This document shows positions 29,027-37,646 of a DNA stretch of 64,000 nt, piece by piece. Every line of letters starts with the position of its first letter. Within the stretch, counting starts at the first letter, position 1. The notes below the pieces were generated by a model that made no database searches, was not told the origin of the DNA, and saw nothing but the letters and a program-made list of their open reading frames with translations. The translations under genes and the position numbers were made by a program. This stretch comes from a virus (Duplodnaviria > Caudoviricetes), in the IMG/VR virus record IMGVR_UViG_3300045391_004484, positions 6,554 to 70,553 of that record; one strand, given 5' to 3'.

Positions 29027-29263
29027 ATGGGGTTTCTGTTTTCTTTTCTGATTCTTTCGCTTCTGTCTCTGTCGATGTTCGCTCTAGAGTTAAGCACCGA
29101 TAACAATCGGCTAACTCGCGAGAATGAAGCACTTCGAGCGGTAAAACAACAGCTAGATCAGGCAGAGCAGCTCGCGGAGACCATCGAGAATCAATTGCAA
29201 CAAGTTGAAACCGAACTAGATCGGGCAGTGCTAGAGAAAATGTGGAGTAAGAGCGATGGTTGA
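29027..29263 (+). CDS. N-terminal TM plus coiled-coil protein
   Basis: FLFSFLILSLLSLSMFALEL followed by heptads. Confidence 0.55.
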   Translation: MGFLFSFLILSLLSLSMFALELSTDNNRLTRENEALRAVKQQLDQAEQLAETIENQLQQVETELDRAVLEKMWSKSDG

Positions 29264-29591
29264 TTTTGAAGGGGTGTGTATACAGTCTTACAAGGCATTC
29301 TGCGAAAAATCGCCCGGATTCGGCGGGTTGCCCTGGCAGAACCTCTCAGCAAATACTCGGGATGCTTGGAGGAACGCGATCGCGGCTGCCCTAAAAGCAT
29401 CGGCTCAACCCGAGCCACCGCCGACACCGCCGCCGCTGTTTGCTGCATCCTCAAACTTTGATACGCCCCAACTTGAAGACTTCAGAAAAGTGTGGCGGAG
29501 AATCAAAACCGATCCGCAGTGGGCTTTCTGGCATAACCACGCCCCGAGAGAACTGGCAAACATAGAGGCAGAACTTGCCCGCCGCCGCTAA
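29256..29591 (+). CDS. Hypothetical protein
   Basis: 111-aa ORF, W..LS...RDAWR motif. Confidence 0.55.
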   Translation: MVDFEGVCIQSYKAFCEKSPGFGGLPWQNLSANTRDAWRNAIAAALKASAQPEPPPTPPPLFAASSNFDTPQLEDFRKVWRRIKTDPQWAFWHNHAPRELANIEAELARRR

Positions 29592-29607
29592 CAATCAAAT
29601 CGAGACT

Positions 29608-29644
29608 AAAAAGGCTCAGCACATCAACCGCTGAGCCTTTTTTA
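29608..29644. terminator. Bidirectional intrinsic terminator
   Basis: AAAAAGGCTCAGC-acatcaacc-GCTGAGCCTTTTTTT. Confidence 0.85.
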
Positions 29645-29751
29645 TGCGTTTCCGCTGCATCTGTGATCAAATACGTAACTAATATCTAAAAGATTACTGG
29701 TAATGACTCCGCTAAAAGAGGGCATTTTAAGGGCGTCCTTCAGAGAAAATT

Positions 29752-30009
29752 ATGTTCTGCCCCCTCTCATCACTGGCTGCCGTGGCACTCGGCACATGCA
29801 AGCCACAGAACCCTGCACAGATTGACCCAAGCCGAATCGATGCCACACCCGCGCAACTGTGGGCACAGCGCCAAAATGATAGGGCTACAGGCGATGTTTG
29901 CCACTTGCCCCCACCACCCCCGCCGGGTACGTTGGCAGATCAAGGCGAGATTAAACCTGTGCCTGCTCAGCCACCCTTGCGGCACAATCCGCCAGTTTGT
30001 AAAAAGTAA
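29752..30009 (+). CDS. Pro-rich small protein, possible lipoprotein
   Basis: Hydrophobic N-terminus ending ALGTC; poly-Pro. Confidence 0.4.
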   Translation: MFCPLSSLAAVALGTCKPQNPAQIDPSRIDATPAQLWAQRQNDRATGDVCHLPPPPPPGTLADQGEIKPVPAQPPLRHNPPVCKK

Positions 30010-30028
30010 ATCGGCAAGTTATGCCAAA

Positions 30029-30388
30029 TTAGCTAATCTTGCGGCGGGCGATCTCTGCTCTAAGTAGAGCTTGGCAGTATCGCTTCAATTCCTCAAAATC
30101 GACCCTACCGCCATCAACCGCCCCGATCGAGGCGAGATAGTTGCCCAAGTCTGATAAAGCAGCGTCTTGGGCAGATTGAACCGTGTCGATTTTGCTTTTC
30201 AACCCGGAAAGGTTGGGGTTATCAGCGGCAAGCTCGGAGATCGGGTGTGTAGAGAGCGATCGTACGAGACGGATCAGGGCTTGCAGTGTAGCGTCGGTGG
30301 TGAGCGTGGCGATTTGGCTCAGTTCCCAGAAATCCCGCTCGGACAAGGCGGGTAAGACCATTTGATCGATCATCGGGCAATGGGGCAA
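30029..30388 (-). CDS. Hypothetical helical protein
   Basis: 119-aa ORF. Confidence 0.55.
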   Translation of the reverse strand: MPHCPMIDQMVLPALSERDFWELSQIATLTTDATLQALIRLVRSLSTHPISELAADNPNLSGLKSKIDTVQSAQDAALSDLGNYLASIGAVDGGRVDFEELKRYCQALLRAEIARRKIS

Positions 30389-30558
30389 CGTAACAACTCT
30401 CTAAAGTTTCCTCACTAAATCTGTCTTTAGAGAGATGTTCTAAACATCTTTTAATTTTACTGACTCAATTTTATTAAGCCTTTGTAAAAAACAGAACATA
30501 CTTTATCTCTGCTTTATGTATTGACAGAGGAAAGCTAGGGGGGAGAGTTGTTGCTGCC

Positions 30559-30873
30559 ATGCCCCCCGCTGAAAATATTCTGGATTTGGAATCTTTAGAA
30601 AGAGCAATTCGATCGGTGCTCAATGCTCACGATCGGGGCGAGGATGTTACCGAGCCGCTCGCCCACCTATATAAACAAATTAACGGCACCGCGATCCTAT
30701 ACGGCGCGATCATTCCTTATCTGGCAAAGCTTGAGGCGGAATCTCTACAAAAATCGGGATTATGCAGGCTTCTGATTCCAGTTTCATTTCAGGGTGAGTG
30801 GTATTACGTACCGCGTAATGGTAGGCAAATTGAGAGCACTGAAACGATCGAGTGCAACGACCCCAACTATTGA
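30559..30873 (+). CDS. Hypothetical protein
   Basis: 104-aa ORF divergent from the 30388 gene. Confidence 0.5.
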   Translation: MPPAENILDLESLERAIRSVLNAHDRGEDVTEPLAHLYKQINGTAILYGAIIPYLAKLEAESLQKSGLCRLLIPVSFQGEWYYVPRNGRQIESTETIECNDPNY

Positions 30874-31039
30874 GCACATCGACCCAAATCGATAGGCACC
30901 ACAAACTAGATAGATGCGGCACTTTGCACCGATAGATCTCAGCAACCGTGAGCAAATAGCGATCCTGCTGCCTCGACCATAGCCAATCCGGATCACGAGG
31001 CACTACCAGATCGCCAACCTGCATTTTCTTCCTCGGCAT
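30710..31039 (-). CDS. Hypothetical protein (KOW-like N-terminus)
   Basis: MQVGDLVVP start; 3' end overlaps the plus-strand ORF, so uncertain. Confidence 0.35.
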   Translation of the reverse strand: MPRKKMQVGDLVVPRDPDWLWSRQQDRYLLTVAEIYRCKVPHLSSLWCLSIWVDVLNSWGRCTRSFQCSQFAYHYAVRNTTHPEMKLESEACIIPIFVEIPPQALPDKE

Positions 31040-31194
31040 AGTCTCAGCCCAAAGATAGACAATCCATTTAAGCCTATTTCAGTATTTTTTGACGCTTTAC
31101 CTAGATAAAAAGACCGAAACATGCGTATTAATACGTTAAAGATTGTAAATTTTTATAGTTACGATACGTAGGTCTATAGATTTCGGGCGGCGGC

Positions 31195-31923
31195 ATGAGC
31201 AAAGTAGCTCTCAAAGCGTTGTTTGACCAATATTTTGAGTTACGGCAATCGGACGGGTTGAGAGGCGCGGCAGTGATTCGCCTGAGAAACCAACTTGTAA
31301 AACTGAACATTGGGCTTGCTCGTGAGGTAGCACATCGAGAGGCAGAGAGTTGCCCCGAGCCTTACGAGGATTTAGAGCAGATTGCCTGCATTGGTCTGAT
31401 CCGAGCGGTAGAAAAATTCAACCCCGCCGCCGGGAATGCCTTTAGCTCGTTCGCGGTGCCCTACATCCGGGGCGAGATTCAGCACCACAACCGCGATCGA
31501 GGCTACAGCGTAATCAAAAAGCCGAGGCGCGGGATCGAAATGGTGTCACGAGTCAAGCGAGTGCAACGAAAGCTCAAAGCCCAAGGCATCGAAGTAACCG
31601 AGGCTCAGATCGCCCGTGGCTTGAACATTGCAGAGTCAAAATGGCGAATTGCTCGGGATGCCTACAATCTTGCCCCCGTCGCTAATCTCGATGAGTCGCT
31701 GAATGGGGAAGACATCAGCAGTGTGATGCAGATTGACTATTCCTGGTTTAAGGGTACGCTTGCTAGGCTTCGCGAGCCTGTGCAAGGCGTGCTGATCGAA
31801 AGGTATGTTTCTGGACTGACTGAGGCAGCGATCGCGAAGCAGCGCCGAGTACCAGTCGATCAAGTGAATCAATGGATTCAGCAAGGGCTAGACCAACTTA
31901 AAGCGATTATGGGTGAGGGGTAA
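31195..31923 (+). CDS. Sigma-70 family group 3 (SigF/SigB-like) sigma factor
   Basis: QLVKLNIGLA, EDLEQIACIGLIRAVEKFNP..G..FSSFAVPYIRGEI, region-4 HTH. Confidence 0.9.
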   Translation: MSKVALKALFDQYFELRQSDGLRGAAVIRLRNQLVKLNIGLAREVAHREAESCPEPYEDLEQIACIGLIRAVEKFNPAAGNAFSSFAVPYIRGEIQHHNRDRGYSVIKKPRRGIEMVSRVKRVQRKLKAQGIEVTEAQIARGLNIAESKWRIARDAYNLAPVANLDESLNGEDISSVMQIDYSWFKGTLARLREPVQGVLIERYVSGLTEAAIAKQRRVPVDQVNQWIQQGLDQLKAIMGEG

Positions 31924-31924
31924 A

Positions 31925-32686
31925 ATGACGATCGATGTAATTCCGGCTTTTGATTACGGGGCGTTATCAGTTGAGAACCGGATATCTATTCAGCAGAAAA
32001 CCAGTGAGATTCGTTCCCTGATTCGCCGTTCTGCCCAAGATGCGATCGAGATTGGCTCAAAGCTCATCGAAGTTAAAGATCGCCTCGCTCATGGGCAGTT
32101 TGGCACATGGCTAAATACAGAATTCGGATGGTCGGACAGGCTTGCTCGGCAATACATGCTCGTAGCGGCAAAAATGGCAGATTATGCCAATTTAGATCAG
32201 ATTGCCCCATCAGCTTTATATTTGCTTGCCGCTGGCACCACACCCGATGACGTAAGGCGAGAATTTGTAGAGCAGGCAGCAGCGGGGCAGCCTGTGACCT
32301 ACAGCGCCGTAAAAACTGCGATCTCGTCTGCTAAGCCTGCATCGAATCGATTAGTCGGGGAAACTCACACGATTACGGAACCAGAAAGCCCCTATTATGG
32401 CGATGAGGTGGTGATCGATCGGCATGATGGGGAATTCGTATACGCAACGACGCCCCAAGGGGAGAGCAAGCCATTTTTGCCCGGATGGATTGGTGAGCAG
32501 CCGCCGGAAAAGATAAAGGTCGAACCGAAGCCCGACCAAAAAACACAACTATTAGATAGTTTGGAATTCAAAGTTTCAGTCAAAGAGCAACGGATCGAAA
32601 TCTTAGAAAAATATTTGACCCGTGTTCTAGATGAGGTTTCGCTACCCGATGATCTTTATTACGAGATTGAGCGCTTGCTCGCTTAG
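31925..32686 (+). CDS. DUF3102 domain protein
   Basis: IEIGSKLIEVKDRLAHGQFGTWL..EFGWSDRLARQYM..A; SALYLLA. Confidence 0.8.
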   Translation: MTIDVIPAFDYGALSVENRISIQQKTSEIRSLIRRSAQDAIEIGSKLIEVKDRLAHGQFGTWLNTEFGWSDRLARQYMLVAAKMADYANLDQIAPSALYLLAAGTTPDDVRREFVEQAAAGQPVTYSAVKTAISSAKPASNRLVGETHTITEPESPYYGDEVVIDRHDGEFVYATTPQGESKPFLPGWIGEQPPEKIKVEPKPDQKTQLLDSLEFKVSVKEQRIEILEKYLTRVLDEVSLPDDLYYEIERLLA

Positions 32687-32801
32687 TGTAGTGCTCGGTT
32701 AGGGACGACGCGACTAAAAGATTTCGGACACCCTCAACCCCTTGCTGTACAAAAGTTTCAGCCTGTAGATCGCGTTATTTGGAACACCCTGTTTATTTTC
32801 T

Positions 32802-32859
32802 CGGTTTCAAACCGAATAAATCTAATTGACACCCCGCCTAATTTCCCGATTTCAAATCG
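32802..32859. repeat. Two CGRTTTCAAAYCG palindromes 45 bp apart
   Basis: CGGTTTCAAACCG 32802-32814 and CGATTTCAAATCG 32847-32859 in a convergent intergenic region. Confidence 0.7.
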
Positions 32860-32896
32860 GAAAACTTCAAACACTTACCTCACAAGCTTTTCAGCT

Positions 32897-33280
32897 TTAG
32901 TGCTTAGTGTTCGCCTGCATTTGAGCGATCGTTTGCTCTAACTGGCGAATCTTCCGATCGTGGATATCAAAGCTCGTGTTAACTGCCTCAGAAAAATTGT
33001 TGATCGCGCCCTCTAATTTGATCAGGGCGCTGTGATGGTCTTTCTGAGCGACCACTAATTGATCGAGAAGCTTCTCTTGTCCCTCTTGTAGCGATTCTAC
33101 AAGTTTAGTCACGAGATCAGACTCTTGCTTTTCTTTCTGAAAGAAAGCCTCGAAACCTTTTTGAAGGATGAGCATTAGAGCGGCACCCGCCACACCATAA
33201 CCCGCCGACCCCGGCAGATCAGGCGAGTAGGAGTGTGTAGGGGCTGCCTGTGCCTGCACAAGGATGATGGCGCTTTTCAT
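32897..33280 (-). CDS. Single-TM coiled-coil protein (holin-like candidate)
   Basis: GYGVAGAALMLIL TM followed by a long coiled coil. Confidence 0.45.
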   Translation of the reverse strand: MKSAIILVQAQAAPTHSYSPDLPGSAGYGVAGAALMLILQKGFEAFFQKEKQESDLVTKLVESLQEGQEKLLDQLVVAQKDHHSALIKLEGAINNFSEAVNTSFDIHDRKIRQLEQTIAQMQANTKH

Positions 33281-33346
33281 TTGTTGGAACTCTTTTTTTT
33301 AGAATTCCTTCTAGCCCCATTACCCTTTTAGATTTGCTTTAGATTT

Positions 33347-33685
33347 ATGAACCTAGCCCAATTTCCCGATGAGATCGCCCGCGTCCATTCTGAACTGCTC
33401 AAATCAGATCAGGCGTGTAGGCATTGGCAATCTCAAGTAGACGGCATGACTTTGGTAATCGATTATCAAGTCGCCTTCGATAAGAGCCTCAATAATGAGA
33501 ATCAGCGCAAAGCCGAGAAAGGTAAGCTGATGCAGGCTGATGAAATGGAAACGGCGATCGAAACATTGCAGATCAGCCTTGATCAAAAAGCCGCTCGGCA
33601 GATTGAGCTTGAGCAAGTTCGGAATCAGTTTAGTGTGGCGAAACTGGCAGAGCGGAGAGCGATCGCTGAGTTAGAAGCTCAATAA
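33347..33685 (+). CDS. Conserved cyanobacterial coiled-coil hypothetical protein
   Basis: FP..IA...VAFD..L.NE.QRKA pattern. Confidence 0.6.
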   Translation: MNLAQFPDEIARVHSELLKSDQACRHWQSQVDGMTLVIDYQVAFDKSLNNENQRKAEKGKLMQADEMETAIETLQISLDQKAARQIELEQVRNQFSVAKLAERRAIAELEAQ

Positions 33686-33689
33686 ATGC

Positions 33690-33710
33690 AAAAAGGGTGC
33701 CGAAGCACCC
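33690..33710 (-). terminator. Intrinsic terminator with cUUCGg tetraloop
   Basis: Minus strand GGGTGCTTCGGCACCCTTTT. Confidence 0.7.
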
Positions 33711-33737
33711 TAGTGTAGAGCTTATAGAAACGGAAGA

Positions 33738-34037
33738 TTAGACGGATTCTTCGGTTGATGCTTGATCTTCTGTCGTTTCGGTTGTTTCATCCTTGGCGGG
33801 TGGGTTTGCGGCTGCCTCGAAATCTTCGAGAGCTTTCTGCAATTTAGCAAGATTTTGAGCATCTTCGGCTAATTTAGCCTCGTCTGCATTGAGAGCGCCC
33901 ATCGTGGCATCATACTGAGTCTGTAAGTCGGCAAGGGCTGCTTTCAGAGCGCCATTCTCCTCTTTCAGCGCCTTGTTTTCATTGATCACGCTCGTCGCCA
34001 ACTGAAAATAGCCGATCAATTTTGCGAAAAAATCCAT
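33738..34037 (-). CDS. Coiled-coil protein with acidic tail
   Basis: 99-aa heptad pattern. Confidence 0.6.
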   Translation of the reverse strand: MDFFAKLIGYFQLATSVINENKALKEENGALKAALADLQTQYDATMGALNADEAKLAEDAQNLAKLQKALEDFEAAANPPAKDETTETTEDQASTEESV

Positions 34038-34123
34038 CTGAGTACCTTGAATGTCTGCTCTATTTTGCCCTCGATCGATAAAAGTGAGCGATCGATTTTT
34101 CAGAGGAACCCTAGCGCGTCGAG

Positions 34124-34933
34124 TTGAGCCATTCGCGCGTTTTGAATTTACCCCTTAATCAAATTCTCATCGGTGATGCCTTCGATCGTCTGCTCGGTCT
34201 GCCAAGCAATTCGATCGATACGTGCCTCACGTCTCCGATCTACTTTCAGAAATGCGATTACGAACACGCTGAGCAATACGGATTAGAACCTACGATCGAG
34301 CAATATATGCTCAACCTCTCAGCCGTATTTACTCAAGTATTCCGAGTGCTCAAACCCGGCGGCGTGGCGTGGATCATCGTCGGAGACACCAAAAATAATT
34401 ACAGCCCTGTGAGGGCAAAGGGACAGAGGCGCAAAACGGGCGAGTATCGCCACCGCCGCCCAAAACAGACAGGCTATCACGAGAAAGAAACTCTCGACAT
34501 CCCGATCACCCTTCGAGATTACCTTAGAGAAATCGGTTGGATGCACCGCCAAACCTTGATTTGGGATAAGGGCAGCAGCGGAGAGCAGGCAAACAGCGAC
34601 ACAGCCGCCACGACTCACGAGTTTATTTTGCAAATGGGCAAATGGATTAAAGGCTCTCGCCCTTACCTCAATTGCAAGCCCTTAAAATCTTCAGTCCTGA
34701 AATTTGCCCCCGCCCATGATGAGATCCACCCTTGCCCATTTCCCGTAGATCTAGCGTCGCATCTACTCTCAGCATCGAGTGAAATAGGGCAAGTAGTGTT
34801 AGATCCATTCATGGGATCGGGCACTACTGGCTTAGCTGCTAAACAACTCGGGCGGAGTTATATCGGCATCGAGTTGAACCCTATCTATCGGCAAAACGCT
34901 ATCAACAGGATCGCCCAATGCTTCTCAACTTGA
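34124..34933 (+). CDS. DNA methyltransferase, N6/N4 family (beta class)
   Basis: TSPIY (variant motif IV), HPCPFP, VLDPFMGSGTTG, YIGIELNP. Confidence 0.88.
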   Translation: MSHSRVLNLPLNQILIGDAFDRLLGLPSNSIDTCLTSPIYFQKCDYEHAEQYGLEPTIEQYMLNLSAVFTQVFRVLKPGGVAWIIVGDTKNNYSPVRAKGQRRKTGEYRHRRPKQTGYHEKETLDIPITLRDYLREIGWMHRQTLIWDKGSSGEQANSDTAATTHEFILQMGKWIKGSRPYLNCKPLKSSVLKFAPAHDEIHPCPFPVDLASHLLSASSEIGQVVLDPFMGSGTTGLAAKQLGRSYIGIELNPIYRQNAINRIAQCFST

Positions 34934-35103
34934 TTGGTTTCGGAATCTATTACCTACTCGCGGGCGTTGCATTCGCAGAGTTTCTCTTCAGCAGAGACTT
35001 TAATTTCACAGACACCGACGTTCTGCCGATGTATGTTCTCGCTGCTCTCTTGTGGTTGCCCACGATCATCATTATGCTTATCTGGTGGGATGATATCGAG
35101 TGA
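34918..35103 (+). CDS. Small two-TM membrane protein
   Basis: 61 aa, two hydrophobic helices. Confidence 0.45.
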   Translation: MLLNLIGFGIYYLLAGVAFAEFLFSRDFNFTDTDVLPMYVLAALLWLPTIIIMLIWWDDIE

Positions 35104-35325
35104 TCGCGCCTTATCGGTGGCGATCACTTCCCATTTTGCCTTTAGCAAAAACTGAAAAGTGGGATAGCCTTTCGACGCGCCCGGTACTGCTAAATCTGGC
35201 TTTCTCAAATTGGCAAATTTTGCCGATGTATAGGGCTGCCAGGGTTCGCCCGGATTGAATCGCAAATGCAGAATCTTGAAATCCGAATCACCGCGCATCG
35301 AATCTAACCACGCCATCTGACCCAT
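34954..35325 (-). CDS. Conserved cyanobacterial hypothetical protein
   Basis: ILHLRFNPGEPWQPY...PD......SKGYPTFQ.LLKA.W pattern. Confidence 0.6.
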   Translation of the reverse strand: MGQMAWLDSMRGDSDFKILHLRFNPGEPWQPYTSAKFANLRKPDLAVPGASKGYPTFQFLLKAKWEVIATDKARSLDIIPPDKHNDDRGQPQESSENIHRQNVGVCEIKVSAEEKLCECNARE

Positions 35326-35367
35326 GATTGCTCACTCCAAAAATGATGATTCAGAATTCCCAAAAAC

Positions 35368-35392
35368 AAAAGGGCACCGAAGCGCCCCTTTT
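35368..35392. terminator. Terminator hairpin with cUUCGg loop on the minus strand
   Basis: AAAAGGGCACCGAAGCGCCCCTTTT. Confidence 0.65.
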
Positions 35393-35623
35393 AGCTGAAA
35401 ACCCATTAAAAGAGAAGAGTAGCTCGGCAACCCCCGCCGGACTGCTGCCATTCTGCATCAGATCTCAACTTTTGAACGAGAATTTTTGCCCCATGAATTG
35501 ATAAACTCAAAAACGATCGTGATAAACCCTACTTTGGAGAGTCTGTGTGAACACGATCAATCCGGGTACGATCGAAACTGTACTTTATTGTCAGTTCCCA
35601 AGAAACTTAGATCGTACTCACCG

Positions 35624-35649
35624 CCGTAGAGGAATCTCTACGGTTTTTT
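35624..35649 (+). terminator. Intrinsic terminator
   Basis: CCGTAGAG-gaat-CTCTACGG-TTTTTT. Confidence 0.8.
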
Positions 35650-35684
35650 GATGGAACCCTCGATCGTCCCCTCACCCCATCACT

Positions 35685-35777
35685 ATGAAAGACGTTTTAG
35701 GGATCGTGTTCTGCCTGCTGCTGCCCTTGCTTGTGGCTATTTTGGGAATGACGATCGGGATTTTAACCAGTTATTGA
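35685..35777 (+). CDS. 30-aa hydrophobic peptide (type I toxin-like; not in ORF track)
   Basis: MKDVLGIVFCLLLPLLVAILGMTIGILTSY, a single TM helix. Confidence 0.45.
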   Translation: MKDVLGIVFCLLLPLLVAILGMTIGILTSY

Positions 35778-35825
35778 AATCGCGGATACAATGCACAAGC
35801 TTGCTAAGCACATCACGAACTATTA

Positions 35826-35845
35826 GCCCCGAAAGGGGCATTTTT
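35826..35845 (+). terminator. Intrinsic terminator
   Basis: GCCCC-GAAA-GGGGC followed by ATTTTT. Confidence 0.7.
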
Positions 35846-35853
35846 CGTAGTGG

Positions 35854-36696
35854 TTATTTTCGCTGTTTTAATGGGGTTGTGATCGTCTCTTCAACGCTCC
35901 ACCCATCCCGCAATCGTTTAGATACGACATTCGCCGTTGCGCCCAACCTTCTAGACCAGTCCATCATTGAAAGCGTTTCACCTTGAAATGTGATCAGTTT
36001 TCCTGTTGTGGGCGGCGTGGTTAAAGCTCGTTCTGCATCCCATCCCAATCTAAGCCGTTCTGCAATAAGCTGAGCGCCGACTCCAATTTCAACCATTCGC
36101 GGATCGTCTGCCCAATCAGCAATTATTTTTGTCTCTCCTTTCCATGTCAAAGCGCGATTGTGCCTTGTGTTTCTGGTTTGTTCTTTTGGCGTTGCCCATC
36201 TACAGTTATCGCGGCTGTATCCTAGATTATTGTTAATACGATCTAGCGTGTGTTTAGGGGTTGGGCGCTCTCCCATGTCGGCATAGAAATTCGCGAAAGA
36301 TGCTTTCCATCGGTCGCAGACCGTAATTCCTCGCCCTCCGTAGTTGTGATAAGCGTTATTGCTAGGGTCATAGCACCGCCGGATCATGTTATTCCAAACC
36401 GTAAACAAAGGATGCTTGCTCATCATGTGCTTACGATAATTGCACCCGCAAGACGTTGTATTCCCAGTTTTTAGAGAATTCGTTGAGACAAAAACCGGGT
36501 TAGAGTCTGCGTTCTCGCATTCGCACTGACAGATCCAAAAATCCGATTTATCGCCTCGTGACCCGACTTGAGACTTTCCCGCCCAACCTATAACGGTTAA
36601 TTTTCCAAACTTTTGATTGAGTACACTGGTTCGGGGTTGTTTTGTTTTGTCAAAAACTCGCGACGATTGTTTGGAATGCTCTGCTCTTTTAGGCAT
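35854..36696 (-). CDS. HNH-type free-standing (homing) endonuclease
   Basis: W.CQCECE, YGGRGITVCDRW..SFANFYADMGERP...TLDRINNNLGYSRDNCRWAT.KEQ.RN. Confidence 0.85.
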   Translation of the reverse strand: MPKRAEHSKQSSRVFDKTKQPRTSVLNQKFGKLTVIGWAGKSQVGSRGDKSDFWICQCECENADSNPVFVSTNSLKTGNTTSCGCNYRKHMMSKHPLFTVWNNMIRRCYDPSNNAYHNYGGRGITVCDRWKASFANFYADMGERPTPKHTLDRINNNLGYSRDNCRWATPKEQTRNTRHNRALTWKGETKIIADWADDPRMVEIGVGAQLIAERLRLGWDAERALTTPPTTGKLITFQGETLSMMDWSRRLGATANVVSKRLRDGWSVEETITTPLKQRK

Positions 36697-36806
36697 AATG
36701 GTTCTAGCCTTCCTTTGAATGTGACAAAGTGTGGGTTAGCGATCGCTTTTTGGTTCCAACAAACTGCGATCGCGTTAATGTAATTATACTATTCGCGTTT
36801 TGTATA

Positions 36807-37610
36807 TCAAAACTGTAAGTAGTCATTCGCTGATTGATCAGGAAATGACTCTAAATACCAGTTACTCACACTGATATTTGAGTGCCGAAGGGTATCTCTC
36901 ACAACGTGGATTGGTGCCCCTGCCTCTAATGAATGGCGGGCTAAACTGTGCCGAAGCCAATGGAGCGATATTTTAGGATTTAGCCCCGCATTTTTAACCG
37001 CTAGTTTAATGATGCTGTGCCCGTGGCGTCGGGTAAACGGAAACAGAAACTCTTCACCATCCCTCAAGACTTGTAGCTGTTCCCAAACTGTGAGCGGCAC
37101 GATCACCGATGCAGTCTTGCCGCCTTTCCCAGTGATAGAAACTTGAACCTTGCCATCACTTCTAACCGTGAAATCTTCCCATTTGATTGAGCATGATTCA
37201 CTTGCACGAGTACCGATCGCATAGGTCAACAGCAGAAACAATCGATCACGCTCTGAACTGGCACCCGCAATAAGTTTCGCGACATCTTCCCTCGATAGAA
37301 TTCGCCCTGCTAGTTTGGGTGATACTCTCGGCGGTTTGAGTGCTGCTGCAACATTAAACTTGATGTGCTGTTGCTCAGCGGCAAAGGCAAATAGACTTTT
37401 CACAGCATTAATTTTCCGGGTTCGGCTCGCATCTTTTAGCCCCCGTTGCTGCAAGTGAGTGACGAATCCTTGCAGAATTTCTAAATTTACCTGCTCTAAA
37501 TCACACTCTGCAAATTGCAGGAATTGCCCAATGTCGAGGCGATAACTTTCGATCGTTCGGGCGGCTCTACCGTGTAACCACAAGGCAATAATTTCGCTGT
37601 CGGTTCTCAT
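36807..37610 (-). CDS. XerC/D-like tyrosine recombinase
   Basis: 267 aa, SAM-like N-domain, GTRASE (R), GKGGK (K), HWLRH, RHSNISVSNWY (H,Y); no arm-binding domain. Confidence 0.9.
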   Translation of the reverse strand: MRTDSEIIALWLHGRAARTIESYRLDIGQFLQFAECDLEQVNLEILQGFVTHLQQRGLKDASRTRKINAVKSLFAFAAEQQHIKFNVAAALKPPRVSPKLAGRILSREDVAKLIAGASSERDRLFLLLTYAIGTRASESCSIKWEDFTVRSDGKVQVSITGKGGKTASVIVPLTVWEQLQVLRDGEEFLFPFTRRHGHSIIKLAVKNAGLNPKISLHWLRHSLARHSLEAGAPIHVVRDTLRHSNISVSNWYLESFPDQSANDYLQF

Positions 37611-37646
37611 AAGGGTGTCAATAAATCCTCATAAGGTTGTCAATAA
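37606..37646. repeat. 19-bp tandem direct repeat CTCATAAGG(G/T)TGTCAATAA, 22-bp period, overlapping the recombinase start
   Basis: 37606-37624 and 37628-37646. Confidence 0.8.

Noticed and set aside
29027-30009. Rz/Rz1 spanin pair (TM coiled coil plus Pro-rich lipoprotein)
   Set aside because: The lipobox ALGTC is non-canonical, the genes are separated by another ORF and a strong terminator, and they lie far from the lysin
32727-32875. CRISPR mini-array
   Set aside because: Units are unequal and degenerate, and the gaps are irregular and too short for spacers; kept only as an unexplained palindrome cluster
35648-35986. 112-aa plus-strand track ORF
   Set aside because: It runs through a terminator and antisense into the HNH gene; the 30-aa ORF in another frame is more plausible
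35325-36807. Group I intron housing the HNH gene
   Set aside because: No interrupted host gene and no recognisable P/Q/R/S core; the HNH has its own promoter-like leader and terminator
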